NCBI GenBank assembly: GCA_942493075.1
Contig: OW818681.1
Location: 5,899,296 to 5,963,295 of the forward strand
Source: an uncultured Verrucomicrobiota bacterium
GTDB lineage: Bacteria > Verrucomicrobiota > Verrucomicrobiia > Limisphaerales > UBA8199
Length of the DNA stretch: 64,000 bases
Direction of reading: 5' to 3'
The notes under the pieces were generated by a model that did no database searches, was not told the origin of the DNA, and was given only the letters and a program-made list of their open reading frames with translations. Of the stretch, positions 30,912-40,683 are shown piece after piece. Each line of letters begins with the position of its first letter. Position 1 is the stretch's first letter. The translations under genes were made by a program, and so were the position numbers.

Positions 30912-33089
30912 TCACGCCTTCACGATCGGCTTACGTTCCGAGATCAGCGCATCCGCTGCCATTTCGGAGAGACCACGCTCGCGAGCAGTGGTCAGCGCTG
31001 ATTTCAACAGTGACTGAATCGAGACGTCGCTGGTGGAAGCCATCAGCTTGCCCAGCAGCGCGGCAATGGTCAGGTTCTTGACATCCTCGGAGTTGATGCC
31101 GAAGTCCTTGATCCATTGTTTGAGCTGCGTGCGGAACCGGTCCGGATCGCCATTAAAGAACGTTTCTTTGATGTCCGTCAGCGTGCTGCTGTTGCTGACC
31201 ATGCGATCCACAGAGCGTCCCGCGGTGACAGCTTTAACCACCTTCTCGAAGAAGTCGTTCTCGCCGCCCACAATCTCAATGTTGGCGCTCTTGAGAGCTT
31301 CGGCGACAATGTTCGACTGAGACTCGGCGATGTACCGCTGCACGTTGATGGAAGCGAGTTCCACGTCCCGTTCCTTGGCGAGGCGCAACCGGAATTCCTC
31401 GTGTGCCTGCCCCGCTTCATGCAGAAGCTTCATGGCTTTGGCCTTCTCTTCGATGCTCTTGGCTTCGGCCAGACCCTTGGCCTGGATACCTGCCGCAGAA
31501 GCGAGTTCCTTGTCCTTCACGCCCTCGGCTTCGGCCTGGGCTTGCTGCTCGGTCACAGATGCGGTAACCCCGCCTTTGGCTTTGATCACCTCGGCCTCAG
31601 CAAACCCGACTTCTTTCAATGCTTCCGCATCCGCCTTCTTGGCGCCCGCCTTCGCGCAAATCACCTTGGCCTCGGCAAGGCCTTTTGCGGCTTCCTGGGC
31701 AGCGACGCCTTCGGCTTGCTGCTCCATGGCGTGCCGTCTGTGTTCCGCGGCCTTCGCCTCGGCGCTGGCCATGGTCTGAATACGCTCGGCGTCGCGTAAC
31801 GCACCTTCCTTGGCCGCATCCGCCGCGGTGATTGTCTGAATCCTGGCGGCGTCGGCGAGGGTCCGTTCGGCTTCCCTCTGAGCTTCGGCCGCGACCACTT
31901 TCTGGACCTGCTCCTTCTTGGCGTTCATGTCCGCCTCGATCAAAGTCACTTCGCGCACCCGCTCAGCCGTCATGCGGGCCTCAATGTTGAGCTTCTCTTC
32001 TTCCTGCTGGATGACGGCCTTTTCTTCAGCCACGACCACCGCGCGTTTGCGCTGCACCTCAACGCCAACCTCAGCAACCTTCGCGTCGCGGTCCATTTCC
32101 GCCAGGGATACCGAGCGCTCGCGGCGCACGCGTGCTTCCTCGCCCTCCTGCACCGATTCCTGCTCCAACCGCTGCTTCTCCTTCTTAACGGTAAACTCGC
32201 GCTCTTGCACCGCGCGGTTCATGTCTTCGGTGCGCAATCGGATGGATTCCTCGGCTTCCAGCCTCTTGTTCTCTACTTCCTGACGGCGCGCCTCAATGAC
32301 CTTCCGGGCCTCAGCTTCCTCATTCGCCTTCACCTCGGTGACGGCGCGGGTTTGTTTGGCGGTATCGGACTCGTTGCGCCGTTTCTGCTCGCGCTTGGCG
32401 ATGTCAGCATCCGCGTTCTCTTTCTCGATCTGCACGCCGGCCCGCTGTGAATGTTCGTTGGCGATGACCCGTTCGCGCTGGGTGATCTGCGTAATCTTCT
32501 TGATGCCCTCTGCATCAAGGACGTTATTTGGGTCATGCTGATCGAGCGGTGTCTGCTCAAGATAATCGATCGCGACGTCTTGCAGAAGGAACCCATCCAG
32601 ATCCTTCCCGATTGTAGCCTGGATCTGGTCGCGGAACTTTGTGCGTTCCGTGAACAGCTCGTGAAATTCCATCTGTTTGCCCGCGGTCTTGAGTGCCTCT
32701 GAGAACTTGGCTTCGAAGAGGTCGCGCAGTTGGTCGATGTCCGATACCCGCTCGGGCGTCAGCATTTGGGCTACTTTACGAACGCTCTCCTCCGAGGCAT
32801 CGACCCGGATATAGAACGCCACAGCGATATCGGCGCGGATATTGTCTTTGCATACCAGGCCGTCCTTGCCTTTGCGCTGGATCTCCAGCTTTTTGACGGA
32901 GATATCGACGATATGATAGGTCTGGATCAGGGGGACGCGCACCATCCAATCGAAGGAGACTTTCACGCCGCCCCAACCGGTCTTCACCCCGGCTCGCCCC
33001 GGTTGAATTTTGCGGACGCAGAACAGAGATGCGGCAGCTCCGACGAGGAGCACGATGACAACAAAGGCGCCAATGATATAAGGCAACAT
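30912..33089 (-). CDS. Flotillin-family (SPFH/band-7, YqiK/FloT-like) membrane protein with a long Glu/Ala-rich coiled-coil region.
   Basis: N-terminal TM, then SPFH domain (GVKTGWGGVKVSFDWMVRVPLIQTYHIVDISVKKLEI). Then EA-repeat coiled coil and the flotillin C-terminal domain. Confidence 0.85.
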   Translation of the reverse strand: MLPYIIGAFVVIVLLVGAAASLFCVRKIQPGRAGVKTGWGGVKVSFDWMVRVPLIQTYHIVDISVKKLEIQRKGKDGLVCKDNIRADIAVAFYIRVDASEESVRKVAQMLTPERVSDIDQLRDLFEAKFSEALKTAGKQMEFHELFTERTKFRDQIQATIGKDLDGFLLQDVAIDYLEQTPLDQHDPNNVLDAEGIKKITQITQRERVIANEHSQRAGVQIEKENADADIAKREQKRRNESDTAKQTRAVTEVKANEEAEARKVIEARRQEVENKRLEAEESIRLRTEDMNRAVQEREFTVKKEKQRLEQESVQEGEEARVRRERSVSLAEMDRDAKVAEVGVEVQRKRAVVVAEEKAVIQQEEEKLNIEARMTAERVREVTLIEADMNAKKEQVQKVVAAEAQREAERTLADAARIQTITAADAAKEGALRDAERIQTMASAEAKAAEHRRHAMEQQAEGVAAQEAAKGLAEAKVICAKAGAKKADAEALKEVGFAEAEVIKAKGGVTASVTEQQAQAEAEGVKDKELASAAGIQAKGLAEAKSIEEKAKAMKLLHEAGQAHEEFRLRLAKERDVELASINVQRYIAESQSNIVAEALKSANIEIVGGENDFFEKVVKAVTAGRSVDRMVSNSSTLTDIKETFFNGDPDRFRTQLKQWIKDFGINSEDVKNLTIAALLGKLMASTSDVSIQSLLKSALTTARERGLSEMAADALISERKPIVKA

Positions 33090-33325
33090 AAGCTTGATGA
33101 TGTTGATTTAGGCCTGAATTCCACATTCCAAGCACGCTTTACAGCCTTGCCTGCGATGGGATTTCTGAACCAACTGCTGGGTACCAGAAACACGGAATAG
33201 ACGCCAATACAAAATCCCGGCCATTTTGGAACGCGAGGAAGCGGGTGCCCTGCGCAAAGATTCCAGGCCTGACCCCTTTGTTCACTTGCGCATATGCCAT
33301 TTTGGAGACATAAAGAACTTAGCAC

Positions 33326-33580
33326 GTGACAGAACAGGAAATTAATCGGCACCGCGCATTGCGGCAAAAACGCGCTGCGGAGATTCTCGCTACCGTGGAC
33401 CAGTTCAAGGTCTGCGATCAGTGCCGCTCGATTTCATACAAGCGGGCTCAGACTTGCACGGTTTGCGGCGCCTACCGATTCAATGACAAACCCGCCCTAG
33501 TTAGCAAGACGGCGCGGGAAATGGGCTCGAATCCATTCCCAACTACATCGGGGACAGTCCCACGTCTTGATCCGGTGTGA
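33326..33580 (+). CDS. Possible small zinc-ribbon protein (CxxC-X15-CxxC), divergent from the flotillin operon.
   Basis: 84-aa ORF with VCDQC...CTVCG. It lies in the 510-bp promoter region, so it could be spurious. Confidence 0.3.
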   Translation: MTEQEINRHRALRQKRAAEILATVDQFKVCDQCRSISYKRAQTCTVCGAYRFNDKPALVSKTAREMGSNPFPTTSGTVPRLDPV

Positions 33581-33601
33581 GCTCTTCTCAGCAACTGGCT
33601 G

Positions 33602-33826
33602 TTAGAACTTGATTGCGTCGTTAATCTGGCCGCATTGGGAGCATCGGGATCGGTCCACATCCGGATCATCGGTATAGACGTAATCGCATTTCAGGCATCT
33701 AAAGATGCTATCTCTATTTGAAGGGGGCTCAAAACGGCGGCGCCGGAATTCCGTGTATACGCCCAAAGCGGCCAGGCTGGCTAACGCCACCACCAGGTAA
33801 GTAAAGATTAGCGCGGGAACGGACAT
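33602..33826 (-). CDS. Small membrane-anchored zinc-ribbon protein (one TM plus CxxC-X14-CxxC). The ORF is open to 33904, but the start is more likely at MSVPALIF.
   Basis: Hydrophobic helix ALIFTYLVVALASLAALGVY, then CLKC...CSQC, immediately downstream of the tonB-like gene. Confidence 0.4.
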   Translation of the reverse strand: MSVPALIFTYLVVALASLAALGVYTEFRRRRFEPPSNRDSIFRCLKCDYVYTDDPDVDRSRCSQCGQINDAIKF

Positions 33827-33828
33827 AG

Positions 33829-34632
33829 CTAAGGCAATCCTGCGGGCGATGCATTGGTGGAGGTTATTGGCAAGGCAGCCCATTCGAAGACGATCGTACC
33901 CCAATCCAATTCTCCGGGCTGCGGCGCTTCTGACGGCTCAGCTCCGGGGTTCTTGGAGGCGAAACGCAGGCTGCGGGCCAGGTCGAGGGCATACGTATCC
34001 GCCGCCACCGAACCGCTCTTGGCAGATAGCACGCTTGAAATTGCCAGGCCTTCCGGGCTCACCGCCAGGCGGACTACCGTGTTGGAAAGCAAATCTGTGG
34101 CGGCAAAGCCAGGCAAAGCCGGACGGGCCAGCAACTGTCTTTGAGCGAGGGTGCCGGTCAGGTGGAGTTGCGAAGCCTGCGGCCCACCCGGCAAAGGTTC
34201 GGCCATAGGTAGTGTCAGTTCGGGCGTGGCCAGCGGCAGGCGATGCCGGAATACCGGGCGGTGCTGTTGCATCAGCAGATCGAAGGAGTTGTCCAGTTGG
34301 GAACGAGTCAACTCGAGTAACGCAGGCAGGTTCGTCCATTGGAACGATCGGTTGAGGATGCTATGCAGGTCCCTGTTTTGCCTTGCGAGGGCAAGGCCGG
34401 AGAAAGATTCAGGCTGCGGGAGGGCGAAAAGCGTCGGATTTTGGATTGCGATCAGTTCGGCCTGGCTGCGTGGCGCGGGTTGGAACGTGGGTGCGAAAGC
34501 AGGCTTCCGGCGGGTTGTTGGCGTGCTATCGCTTAGCCAGAAGATCAAGCCGGCCTGTGACGCAAAGATCAGGAGGATGGCCGCCAGCCAGCGCTGGCGG
34601 GACCAGACAGAGTCTATCGTGCCGGCCGTCAT
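33829..34632 (-). CDS. TonB-like energy-transducer protein (N-terminal TM anchor, Pro-rich linker, C-terminal domain).
   Basis: Architecture fits TonB, and its start overlaps the exbD stop by 4 nt. The TonB C-terminal motif is weak. Confidence 0.5.
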   Translation of the reverse strand: MTAGTIDSVWSRQRWLAAILLIFASQAGLIFWLSDSTPTTRRKPAFAPTFQPAPRSQAELIAIQNPTLFALPQPESFSGLALARQNRDLHSILNRSFQWTNLPALLELTRSQLDNSFDLLMQQHRPVFRHRLPLATPELTLPMAEPLPGGPQASQLHLTGTLAQRQLLARPALPGFAATDLLSNTVVRLAVSPEGLAISSVLSAKSGSVAADTYALDLARSLRFASKNPGAEPSEAPQPGELDWGTIVFEWAALPITSTNASPAGLP

Positions 34633-35063
34633 GGTTTGGGGGTGGACTCAGGAGGCCCAAACGCCTGCGGCAAGGTAGCCATCCAGGCTTGGGTGATTTT
34701 TGCGTCGCGCGCCAGCAAGGTGAGGCGCACAAGCATTTCATAGCTCACATTTTTGTCCGCTTGCACGATCAAGGTGAGAGGCTCGCCCGCGTCCTGAACT
34801 GCTTTGCGCAGGCCTTCGAGCAACTGATTGGTATCCACCAACTGGTTCCGGTAATAGAGATGGCCCGAGCTGTCGATGGCAACTGAGACGGATGGGAGGT
34901 CTGTGCCCGGCAAATCATGGGCGACGGGCAGTTGCACGCGAACACCCGGGGTATAGACCATTTTGCTGAGAAGCAGGAAAATCAGCAGCAGAAAGAAGAC
35001 CCCGGCGTAAGGGGCCATATCAAGGTGACCGCGGAAAATGCGCGCGTTACGCGGAAACTTCAT
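34629..35063 (-). CDS. exbD: Biopolymer transport protein ExbD/TolR
   Basis: Single N-terminal TM plus a periplasmic ExbD domain. Translationally coupled to exbB. Confidence 0.75.
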   Translation of the reverse strand: MKFPRNARIFRGHLDMAPYAGVFFLLLIFLLLSKMVYTPGVRVQLPVAHDLPGTDLPSVSVAIDSSGHLYYRNQLVDTNQLLEGLRKAVQDAGEPLTLIVQADKNVSYEMLVRLTLLARDAKITQAWMATLPQAFGPPESTPKP

Positions 35064-35689
35064 GGTTCCTTTCGCTCGGCAGTTTCCGTGACGATATTGA
35101 CGATCTCAGTCGCGGCGCGCTCCATATCGAGGACGATCGAGTTCACGCGGCTGACGAGGTAATTATAAGCAGCATGGGCGGGGATGGCCACGGCGAGACC
35201 CGCCGCGGTGCAGATCAGCGCCTGCCAAATCCCGCCGGAAAGCAGCCCGAAATGGGCGTGCAAGCCTTCCTTCTGCATCACCATGAAAATCCGGATAAAA
35301 CCCATAACCGTTCCAAGCAAGCCGAGCAAGGGTGCCAGTTGGGCGATGGTGGCCAGAAGGTTGAGACGATGTTCGAGTTGGGGGACTTCAGAAAGGCCGG
35401 CCTCCTCCAGAGCTTCGCGCACTCGCTCTCTGCCCTGGTCGCGGTGTGTAATGGCAGTTTGCACCAGGCGGGCAACCGGCCCCGGAGTGGCATCGCAAAT
35501 AGACAGGGCCTCAACCACATTATTGCGCTTGAGCACCGTGCGCACGCCGTTCAGAAACTCGGTGGAGTTGATCTGAGCGGTGTGGTAGTGGAGGAAGCGT
35601 TCGATGAAGACTGCAACAGCCACCGCGCTGCTGAACAGGATCAGCCACATCATCAACCCGCCGCCTCGCATTAATTCGGGCAAAGACAT
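35060..35689 (-). CDS. exbB: MotA/TolQ/ExbB proton-channel protein
   Basis: 3-TM topology with a conserved LAPLLGLLGTVMGF segment. Confidence 0.8.
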   Translation of the reverse strand: MSLPELMRGGGLMMWLILFSSAVAVAVFIERFLHYHTAQINSTEFLNGVRTVLKRNNVVEALSICDATPGPVARLVQTAITHRDQGRERVREALEEAGLSEVPQLEHRLNLLATIAQLAPLLGLLGTVMGFIRIFMVMQKEGLHAHFGLLSGGIWQALICTAAGLAVAIPAHAAYNYLVSRVNSIVLDMERAATEIVNIVTETAERKEP

Positions 35690-35832
35690 AAAGTTCTTTA
35701 TACTCGTTTAAGGAAGCGCATTCAAATCGCAAATCCAGACTCCTTTCAAGAAGCGGATGTAGTCTAAATGAGCAGCGCCGCCCTTTCGAGCGGCGCTGCC
35801 TGTTGTATGATCAAGGGTTAGTATGAAACCGG

Positions 35833-37263
35833 TCAGGAAGCGGATTTCTTGCCCGACTCTTCCTTATATCGAAAGAACACGGCGAACAGGGCCAGGATAG
35901 CCAGGGCACCAACTGCCGGCAGCATCCAGATCTTCTGCCAGAGCGGCAGCGGCTTCGAGAGCGCTTTCAACGGCTGCTCTACCGTCTCGGCAGTCAGCGT
36001 GAATCCGGTATCCGTCTTCTTATAGACCTCCAGGGTGGCGGTGCCTGCACTGGCAGCAACTTCCTTCACCTTGCCAAAGGCAGATTTGCCGTCCATTTCC
36101 CACCGCATCACGTTGCCCGCGGCAATGGTGGACACATTCTGTACGGCCTGGAACTTCGTCGGTTCGACAGTCGGGAAGCTATACTTCTCAACCACCACGC
36201 CCGAGAGGGTTGCGCCCACAAACATGCCCGCTCCGAGCATGATGAAAGCGATGAAACCCTGGGCTTTCGCACGAATGGCCTCAGGCGCTTTCTTGTCGAC
36301 ATAGATGTAGGCGGTTACAAAGAAGAAGTCGTAACAGATGCCGTGCAGGATCAAGCCCATGTACAGAGGCCAGGCGGTGCCGGATTCGTATCCTTGCAGG
36401 AACAGGAGATAACGGACACCCCAGCATGCCATCGCCACCATGAGCATCCATTTCACTCCAAGCCGGGCAAAGAACCAGGGCATGACCAGCATGAAGAAAA
36501 TCTCTGATGCCTGCCCCATCGTCATTTTGGTGGGGATGTTGCTCACATTGCAATCGCCCAGGAACGTCGGCGTGAAGCTGAAGTAGAACGTCAGCGGAAT
36601 GCAAATCAGGAAAGCTGCCAGCGCAAACATGACGAAGGATTTTTCCTTCATGAGTTGCAGGGCGTCCAGGCCCAGGATATCGCGCGCCGTAACAGCCCCC
36701 GTGCTCTTGGGCGGGGTGTGTGGCAATGAGAAGCAGTAAACACCCATGAGTATTGAAACCCCCGCCGCCATGAGAAATGGGAGGGCTGTCGTGGTGGACC
36801 GAGTTCCGAACACGCGATCCACGGTTAACCCTGCGATGATCCAGCTAATGGTGCCCAGCACGCGAATGGCCGGGAATTCCTTGCCCGGATCTTTCATTTG
36901 TGCAAAGGAAATGGAATTCGTCAGCGCCAAAGTAGGCATGTAGCACAGCGTATGGCCGATCAGCAGCGGGTAAAACGTCGAGAAATCGGTGGCCTTCGAT
37001 GCCGCAAAGAGCAGCAGGCCGCTGACGATGTGCAACACCCCAAGGATCTTTTCCGTGGCAAAGAACCGGTCGGCGACCATGCCAACGAAGAAGGGCGACA
37101 GCATTGCGGCGATCGCTGTTGAGTTATAGGCGAAGCCGATTTGTTGCGGCGTGAAGTTCAGGGTTCCGCCCAGGTAAGGTCCCATGGTGACGTACCACGA
37201 GCTCCAGATGAAGTACTCGAGGAACATCATCACGGAGAGGCGGATTCGGAGTTGGGAGTTCAT
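35833..37263 (-). CDS. MFS transporter, nucleoside:H+ symporter (NupG/XapB-like) family, with a ~100-aa C-terminal soluble extension.
   Basis: MFLEYFIWSSWYVTMGPYL is an NHS-family N-terminus. 12 TM. Confidence 0.75.
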   Translation of the reverse strand: MNSQLRIRLSVMMFLEYFIWSSWYVTMGPYLGGTLNFTPQQIGFAYNSTAIAAMLSPFFVGMVADRFFATEKILGVLHIVSGLLLFAASKATDFSTFYPLLIGHTLCYMPTLALTNSISFAQMKDPGKEFPAIRVLGTISWIIAGLTVDRVFGTRSTTTALPFLMAAGVSILMGVYCFSLPHTPPKSTGAVTARDILGLDALQLMKEKSFVMFALAAFLICIPLTFYFSFTPTFLGDCNVSNIPTKMTMGQASEIFFMLVMPWFFARLGVKWMLMVAMACWGVRYLLFLQGYESGTAWPLYMGLILHGICYDFFFVTAYIYVDKKAPEAIRAKAQGFIAFIMLGAGMFVGATLSGVVVEKYSFPTVEPTKFQAVQNVSTIAAGNVMRWEMDGKSAFGKVKEVAASAGTATLEVYKKTDTGFTLTAETVEQPLKALSKPLPLWQKIWMLPAVGALAILALFAVFFRYKEESGKKSAS

Positions 37264-37653
37264 CTTGTTTGGTTTGTTGAGACGATTAGGAGTGGGTTAT
37301 CTGAGATGTTGAAAACGGGTGCCGTCCGTGAGGAGCGGCATCGCCCCAACTGGGCTGAGCACGGCAGGAGCCGTGGGGCGAGGCGGTTTGAAATCGTAAT
37401 CATTCACCGGCATGGGCCGTCGCATCGAGTCAAGCGACAAAGTCCAGCCTAGTCAAATCCTCCCCGCCCCGCAAGCCGCTTATCTCATGAAAAACCTCAC
37501 CATCCCTTGCAGCATTCCTCTCCCCTCCAGTCCAAACGCCCCCGTAGTGCTCCGTGTTCACCCATCACGTCTCAATGCCCACCCTCTGGATGGTCCTCGG
37601 TTCCTCGTGTCCCCGTTGACACTGCGCCCCCCCACAGGTAGCTTCGGCCCTGG

Positions 37654-38928
37654 ATGTCCAGGTTGCCCTTTGAATTGTTACTGGCTTTGCGTTACTTACG
37701 ACCGAAACGAACCTTTGTTTCGGTCATCACGCTCATTTCAGTGCTCGGCGTGACCCTGGGCGTGGCCGTGCTGATCATCGTGATCAGCGTCATGAGCGGC
37801 TTCGATCGCCAGCTTCGCGAGAAAATCCTCGGGTTCAATACCCATATCAAAGTCCTCCCTGCGGGTGGGCTGACTGATAATTACGGGGAACTCATGCGCA
37901 AAATCAATGAGCACCCGCAAGTCATCGCCACCGCCCCGTTCGTCATGGGACGTGTCCTCCTCCAAACCGAGGCTGTGGATGACAAATCACGCTGGGAGGC
38001 CCCGTTGCTGCGCGGCTTGGACATCAGCCTCGAAACCAATTTAAGTATCCTGCCTCAAAGCATCATTGCCGGCGACTTCGATGTCAGCAACCGCGGGCTG
38101 CTGCTTGGCTCTGAATTCGCTCGCGCCATGGACCTGTGGGTTGGCGACCGGGTGAGTATCTATTCGCCCCATGACCTTCAGAAAATGAAGGAAGCCCAGG
38201 AAAAGGGAGACTCCCAGAAAGCTCGCCTCCCGGACGAGTTCGAAGTCCGCGGCATCTTCGATGTCGGCTATTACGAGTTCAACATGTCAGTGATCATGGC
38301 GTCCCTGGAGGATTCCCAGGAGCTCTATGCGTTGGAGAACAGCGTGCACGGCGTGCTGGTGATGCTCAAGGACCCGACCCAGGCCATGGTGGTGAAGGAA
38401 GATCTACAGAAGAAGCTCGGACGCGGTTTCGAATTCAGCACCTGGATGGAGGAGAACGAAAACCTGCTCAGCGCGCTGGTAGTGGAGAAGAACGTGATGT
38501 TTTACCTCCTGTTTTTCATCATGATCGTCGCTGCGCTCTGCATTTTAAGCGCGCTCATTACCTTCGTAGTGCAAAAGACGCGAGAGATCGGCATGCTCAA
38601 GGCCCTGGGCGCAACTGACTGGCAGGTGAGCATACTATTCTTAAGCCAGGGCGGGTTCGTGGGTGTTGTCGGCGTATTGGCTGGATACGGCTTGGGAATG
38701 CTGGCGCTGGCTTATCGCAACGAATTTCTGCGGTTTATGACCCAGATCACGGGGTTTGAGCTGTTCCCGCGGTCGATCTATCATTTTACTGAACTGCCTG
38801 CGTTGATTGTGCCGGGGGATGTCCTCCTCATCTGTGGCAGCGCCTTGGTGATCTGCGTTTTGGGCGGGCTGATTCCTGCCTGGCGCGCCGGGCGCCTCAA
38901 ACCCGTGGAGGCGCTTCGTTATGAATAG
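37654..38928 (+). CDS. lolE: Lipoprotein-releasing system permease LolC/LolE (FtsX/MacB-type).
   Basis: 4-TM FtsX fold with a large periplasmic loop. Overlaps lolD. Confidence 0.8.
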   Translation: MSRLPFELLLALRYLRPKRTFVSVITLISVLGVTLGVAVLIIVISVMSGFDRQLREKILGFNTHIKVLPAGGLTDNYGELMRKINEHPQVIATAPFVMGRVLLQTEAVDDKSRWEAPLLRGLDISLETNLSILPQSIIAGDFDVSNRGLLLGSEFARAMDLWVGDRVSIYSPHDLQKMKEAQEKGDSQKARLPDEFEVRGIFDVGYYEFNMSVIMASLEDSQELYALENSVHGVLVMLKDPTQAMVVKEDLQKKLGRGFEFSTWMEENENLLSALVVEKNVMFYLLFFIMIVAALCILSALITFVVQKTREIGMLKALGATDWQVSILFLSQGGFVGVVGVLAGYGLGMLALAYRNEFLRFMTQITGFELFPRSIYHFTELPALIVPGDVLLICGSALVICVLGGLIPAWRAGRLKPVEALRYE

Positions 38929-39628
38929 CGACCAACCGCTGCTTTCCGCCCGCGGGGTACACAAAACCTATAAGCTTGGCGCCCGCTCACTGGATGTTCT
39001 CCGTGGAGTGGATCTTGAACTGCAAACCGGTGATTTTGTGGCTTTGCGTGGCGCGTCTGGTGCCGGAAAGAGCACATTGCTCCATCTTTTGGGCGGGCTG
39101 GATACCCCCACGCGCGGCGAAGTATGGCTTTCAGGCCGAAACGTAGCACGCCTGTCCCGTGGCGAGCTGGCCCAACTGCGCAATCGCGAGGTGGGCTATA
39201 TCTTCCAGGCCTACTATCTTCTGCCCGAACTCGATGCCTTGGAAAACGTCTGCCTGCCTGCGCGCATGGCACGGACCTCCGCCAGCAAAGCCGCAGCCCG
39301 TGGACGCGAGCTGCTGGAGCGTGTGGGGCTTAAAGACCGCATCGAGCACAAGCCCTATGAACTATCGGGTGGCGAACAACAACGCGTGGCAATCGCTCGT
39401 GCCTTGATCAACGACCCCGGATTGATTCTCGCTGACGAACCCACCGGCAACCTGGATTCGCATACGGGTCAGGAAATCATAAACCTGCTGCTCTCTCTGC
39501 GAGCCGAGCGGAAATCCACGCTAGTCATTGCCACGCACGATGAAGTCCTGGCCAAACTGGCGCCGCGCGTGATCCGTCTTGTGGACGGTCTGGAAGAAAA
39601 ACCTGTGCCGACGACAGAGGCGCAATGA
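38921..39628 (+). CDS. lolD: Lipoprotein-releasing ABC ATPase LolD
   Basis: [38 protein letters not shown]. Confidence 0.85.
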   Translation: MNSDQPLLSARGVHKTYKLGARSLDVLRGVDLELQTGDFVALRGASGAGKSTLLHLLGGLDTPTRGEVWLSGRNVARLSRGELAQLRNREVGYIFQAYYLLPELDALENVCLPARMARTSASKAAARGRELLERVGLKDRIEHKPYELSGGEQQRVAIARALINDPGLILADEPTGNLDSHTGQEIINLLLSLRAERKSTLVIATHDEVLAKLAPRVIRLVDGLEEKPVPTTEAQ

Positions 39629-39647
39629 TCTCCTTCCCGTGGGCCGC

Positions 39648-39705
39648 ATGTAGCGCAGTCGTCTCGACTGCGAGTTCGCGCACCGTCTCGGTGCGCTTTC
39701 GTTCC
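39648..39705 (+). terminator. Conserved box plus hairpin terminator element, copy B, downstream of lolD.
   Basis: ATGTAGCGCAGTCGTCTCGACTGCGAGT, then GCGCACCG-TCTC-GGTGCGC and TTTCGTT. Confidence 0.45.
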
Positions 39706-39746
39706 GAGTGAGTAGAACAAAAAGAGGAATGGCGCACTTCGCGGAA

Positions 39747-39872
39747 TCCGTACTGTTGGTAATCACGATCCGAAGGAGAGATATTCCCTGGTTTTTCAGG
39801 TTTGCGTTCCAGGGCGCAAACCTGAAAAACCAGGGTGGAGCAAGAGGTGCGCGCGCGTTACCAACAGTACAG
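39747..39872. repeat. MITE-like palindromic element, copy 2.
   Basis: TIRs CCGTACTGTTGGTAAT/GTTACCAACAGTAC. Internal hairpin CCCTGGTTTTTCAGGTTTGCG-N8-CGCAAACCTGAAAAACCAGGG. Confidence 0.6.
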
Positions 39873-40207
39873 AAAGCGATCGGTAGATGTGGCCGAGAGC
39901 AGACGCTCGCCTCCAGGATCGCCGCTTGCGGTCTTGGACTGCTGTAGTCCTACAGCTTTTTCGAAGGGCGTTTCTGCTACGAACGAAGAGATTCTCCTTA
40001 GGTCGAGCCCGGTGCCCTCGTGCGAAAAGCGGCGCTTCACGCCGCACTCCACAACGCGTAGCGCATTCGAAGCTTTGAGAACACAAGACCCGGGAGCAGC
40101 GTTCTGAAGCACGACTCGATGGAACGCATAATTCAAGCCGGTGCCACACATCGCTTGCTGCCATTCATTCGCACCATGCCAGCCGAACTGGAATCCGTAC
40201 TGTGGGT

Positions 40208-40400
40208 AAAGCCTCCAATTCCTAAAGGAATCGCATCGTGACCACAGACCAGCAAACACGTAAGTCATTGGTTATCAAAGGAGGCGTTTGCTGTTCTGTG
40301 GAAAAAGCCTCCAATTCCTAAAGGAATCGCATCGTGACCACAGACCAGCAAACACGTAAGTCATTGGTTATCAAAGGAGGCGTTTGCTGTTCTGTGGAAA
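40208..40400. repeat. Two perfect tandem copies of a 96-bp unit, each a long imperfect hairpin. They are preceded by a solo TIR-like CCGTACTGTGGGTAAA at 40195-40210.
   Basis: The unit AAAGCCTCCAATTCCTAAAGGAATCGCATCGTGACCACAGACCAGCAAACACG...CGTTTGCTGTTCTGTGGAAA repeats exactly. Confidence 0.7.
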
Positions 40401-40683
40401 GCTTCGCAACTCTTTTAATGTCCTCCCATATGGTGCAGATTCCTTGCTGCCGACAGGAATGAGCGCGATCGCTAGATGGGGCAGTTACAGGGATGCAGAG
40501 CCGAGACGGCTCTGCCACTTTGCAGGACCTCGAACCCGCTGGGTTCGTAGCTGATCTTATGAACGAGATCGGGAGGCATCTGCGACCCCTCGCGGGGTCG
40601 TGTCCCCTCTTCCTTCCTACTGGAGGCAATTTTTTCAACAGACCTGTTCGACATCGGTCAAGGCTGACATAGTATAGATATCA

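Noticed and set aside
35060-35689. Zorya-type defence system (ZorA/ZorB MotAB-like) next to the flotillin operon
   Set aside because: ExbB (209 aa) and ExbD (144 aa) are of ordinary size and lack the long ZorA C-terminal tail. They are followed by a TonB-like protein, so this is a conventional ExbBD-TonB unit.
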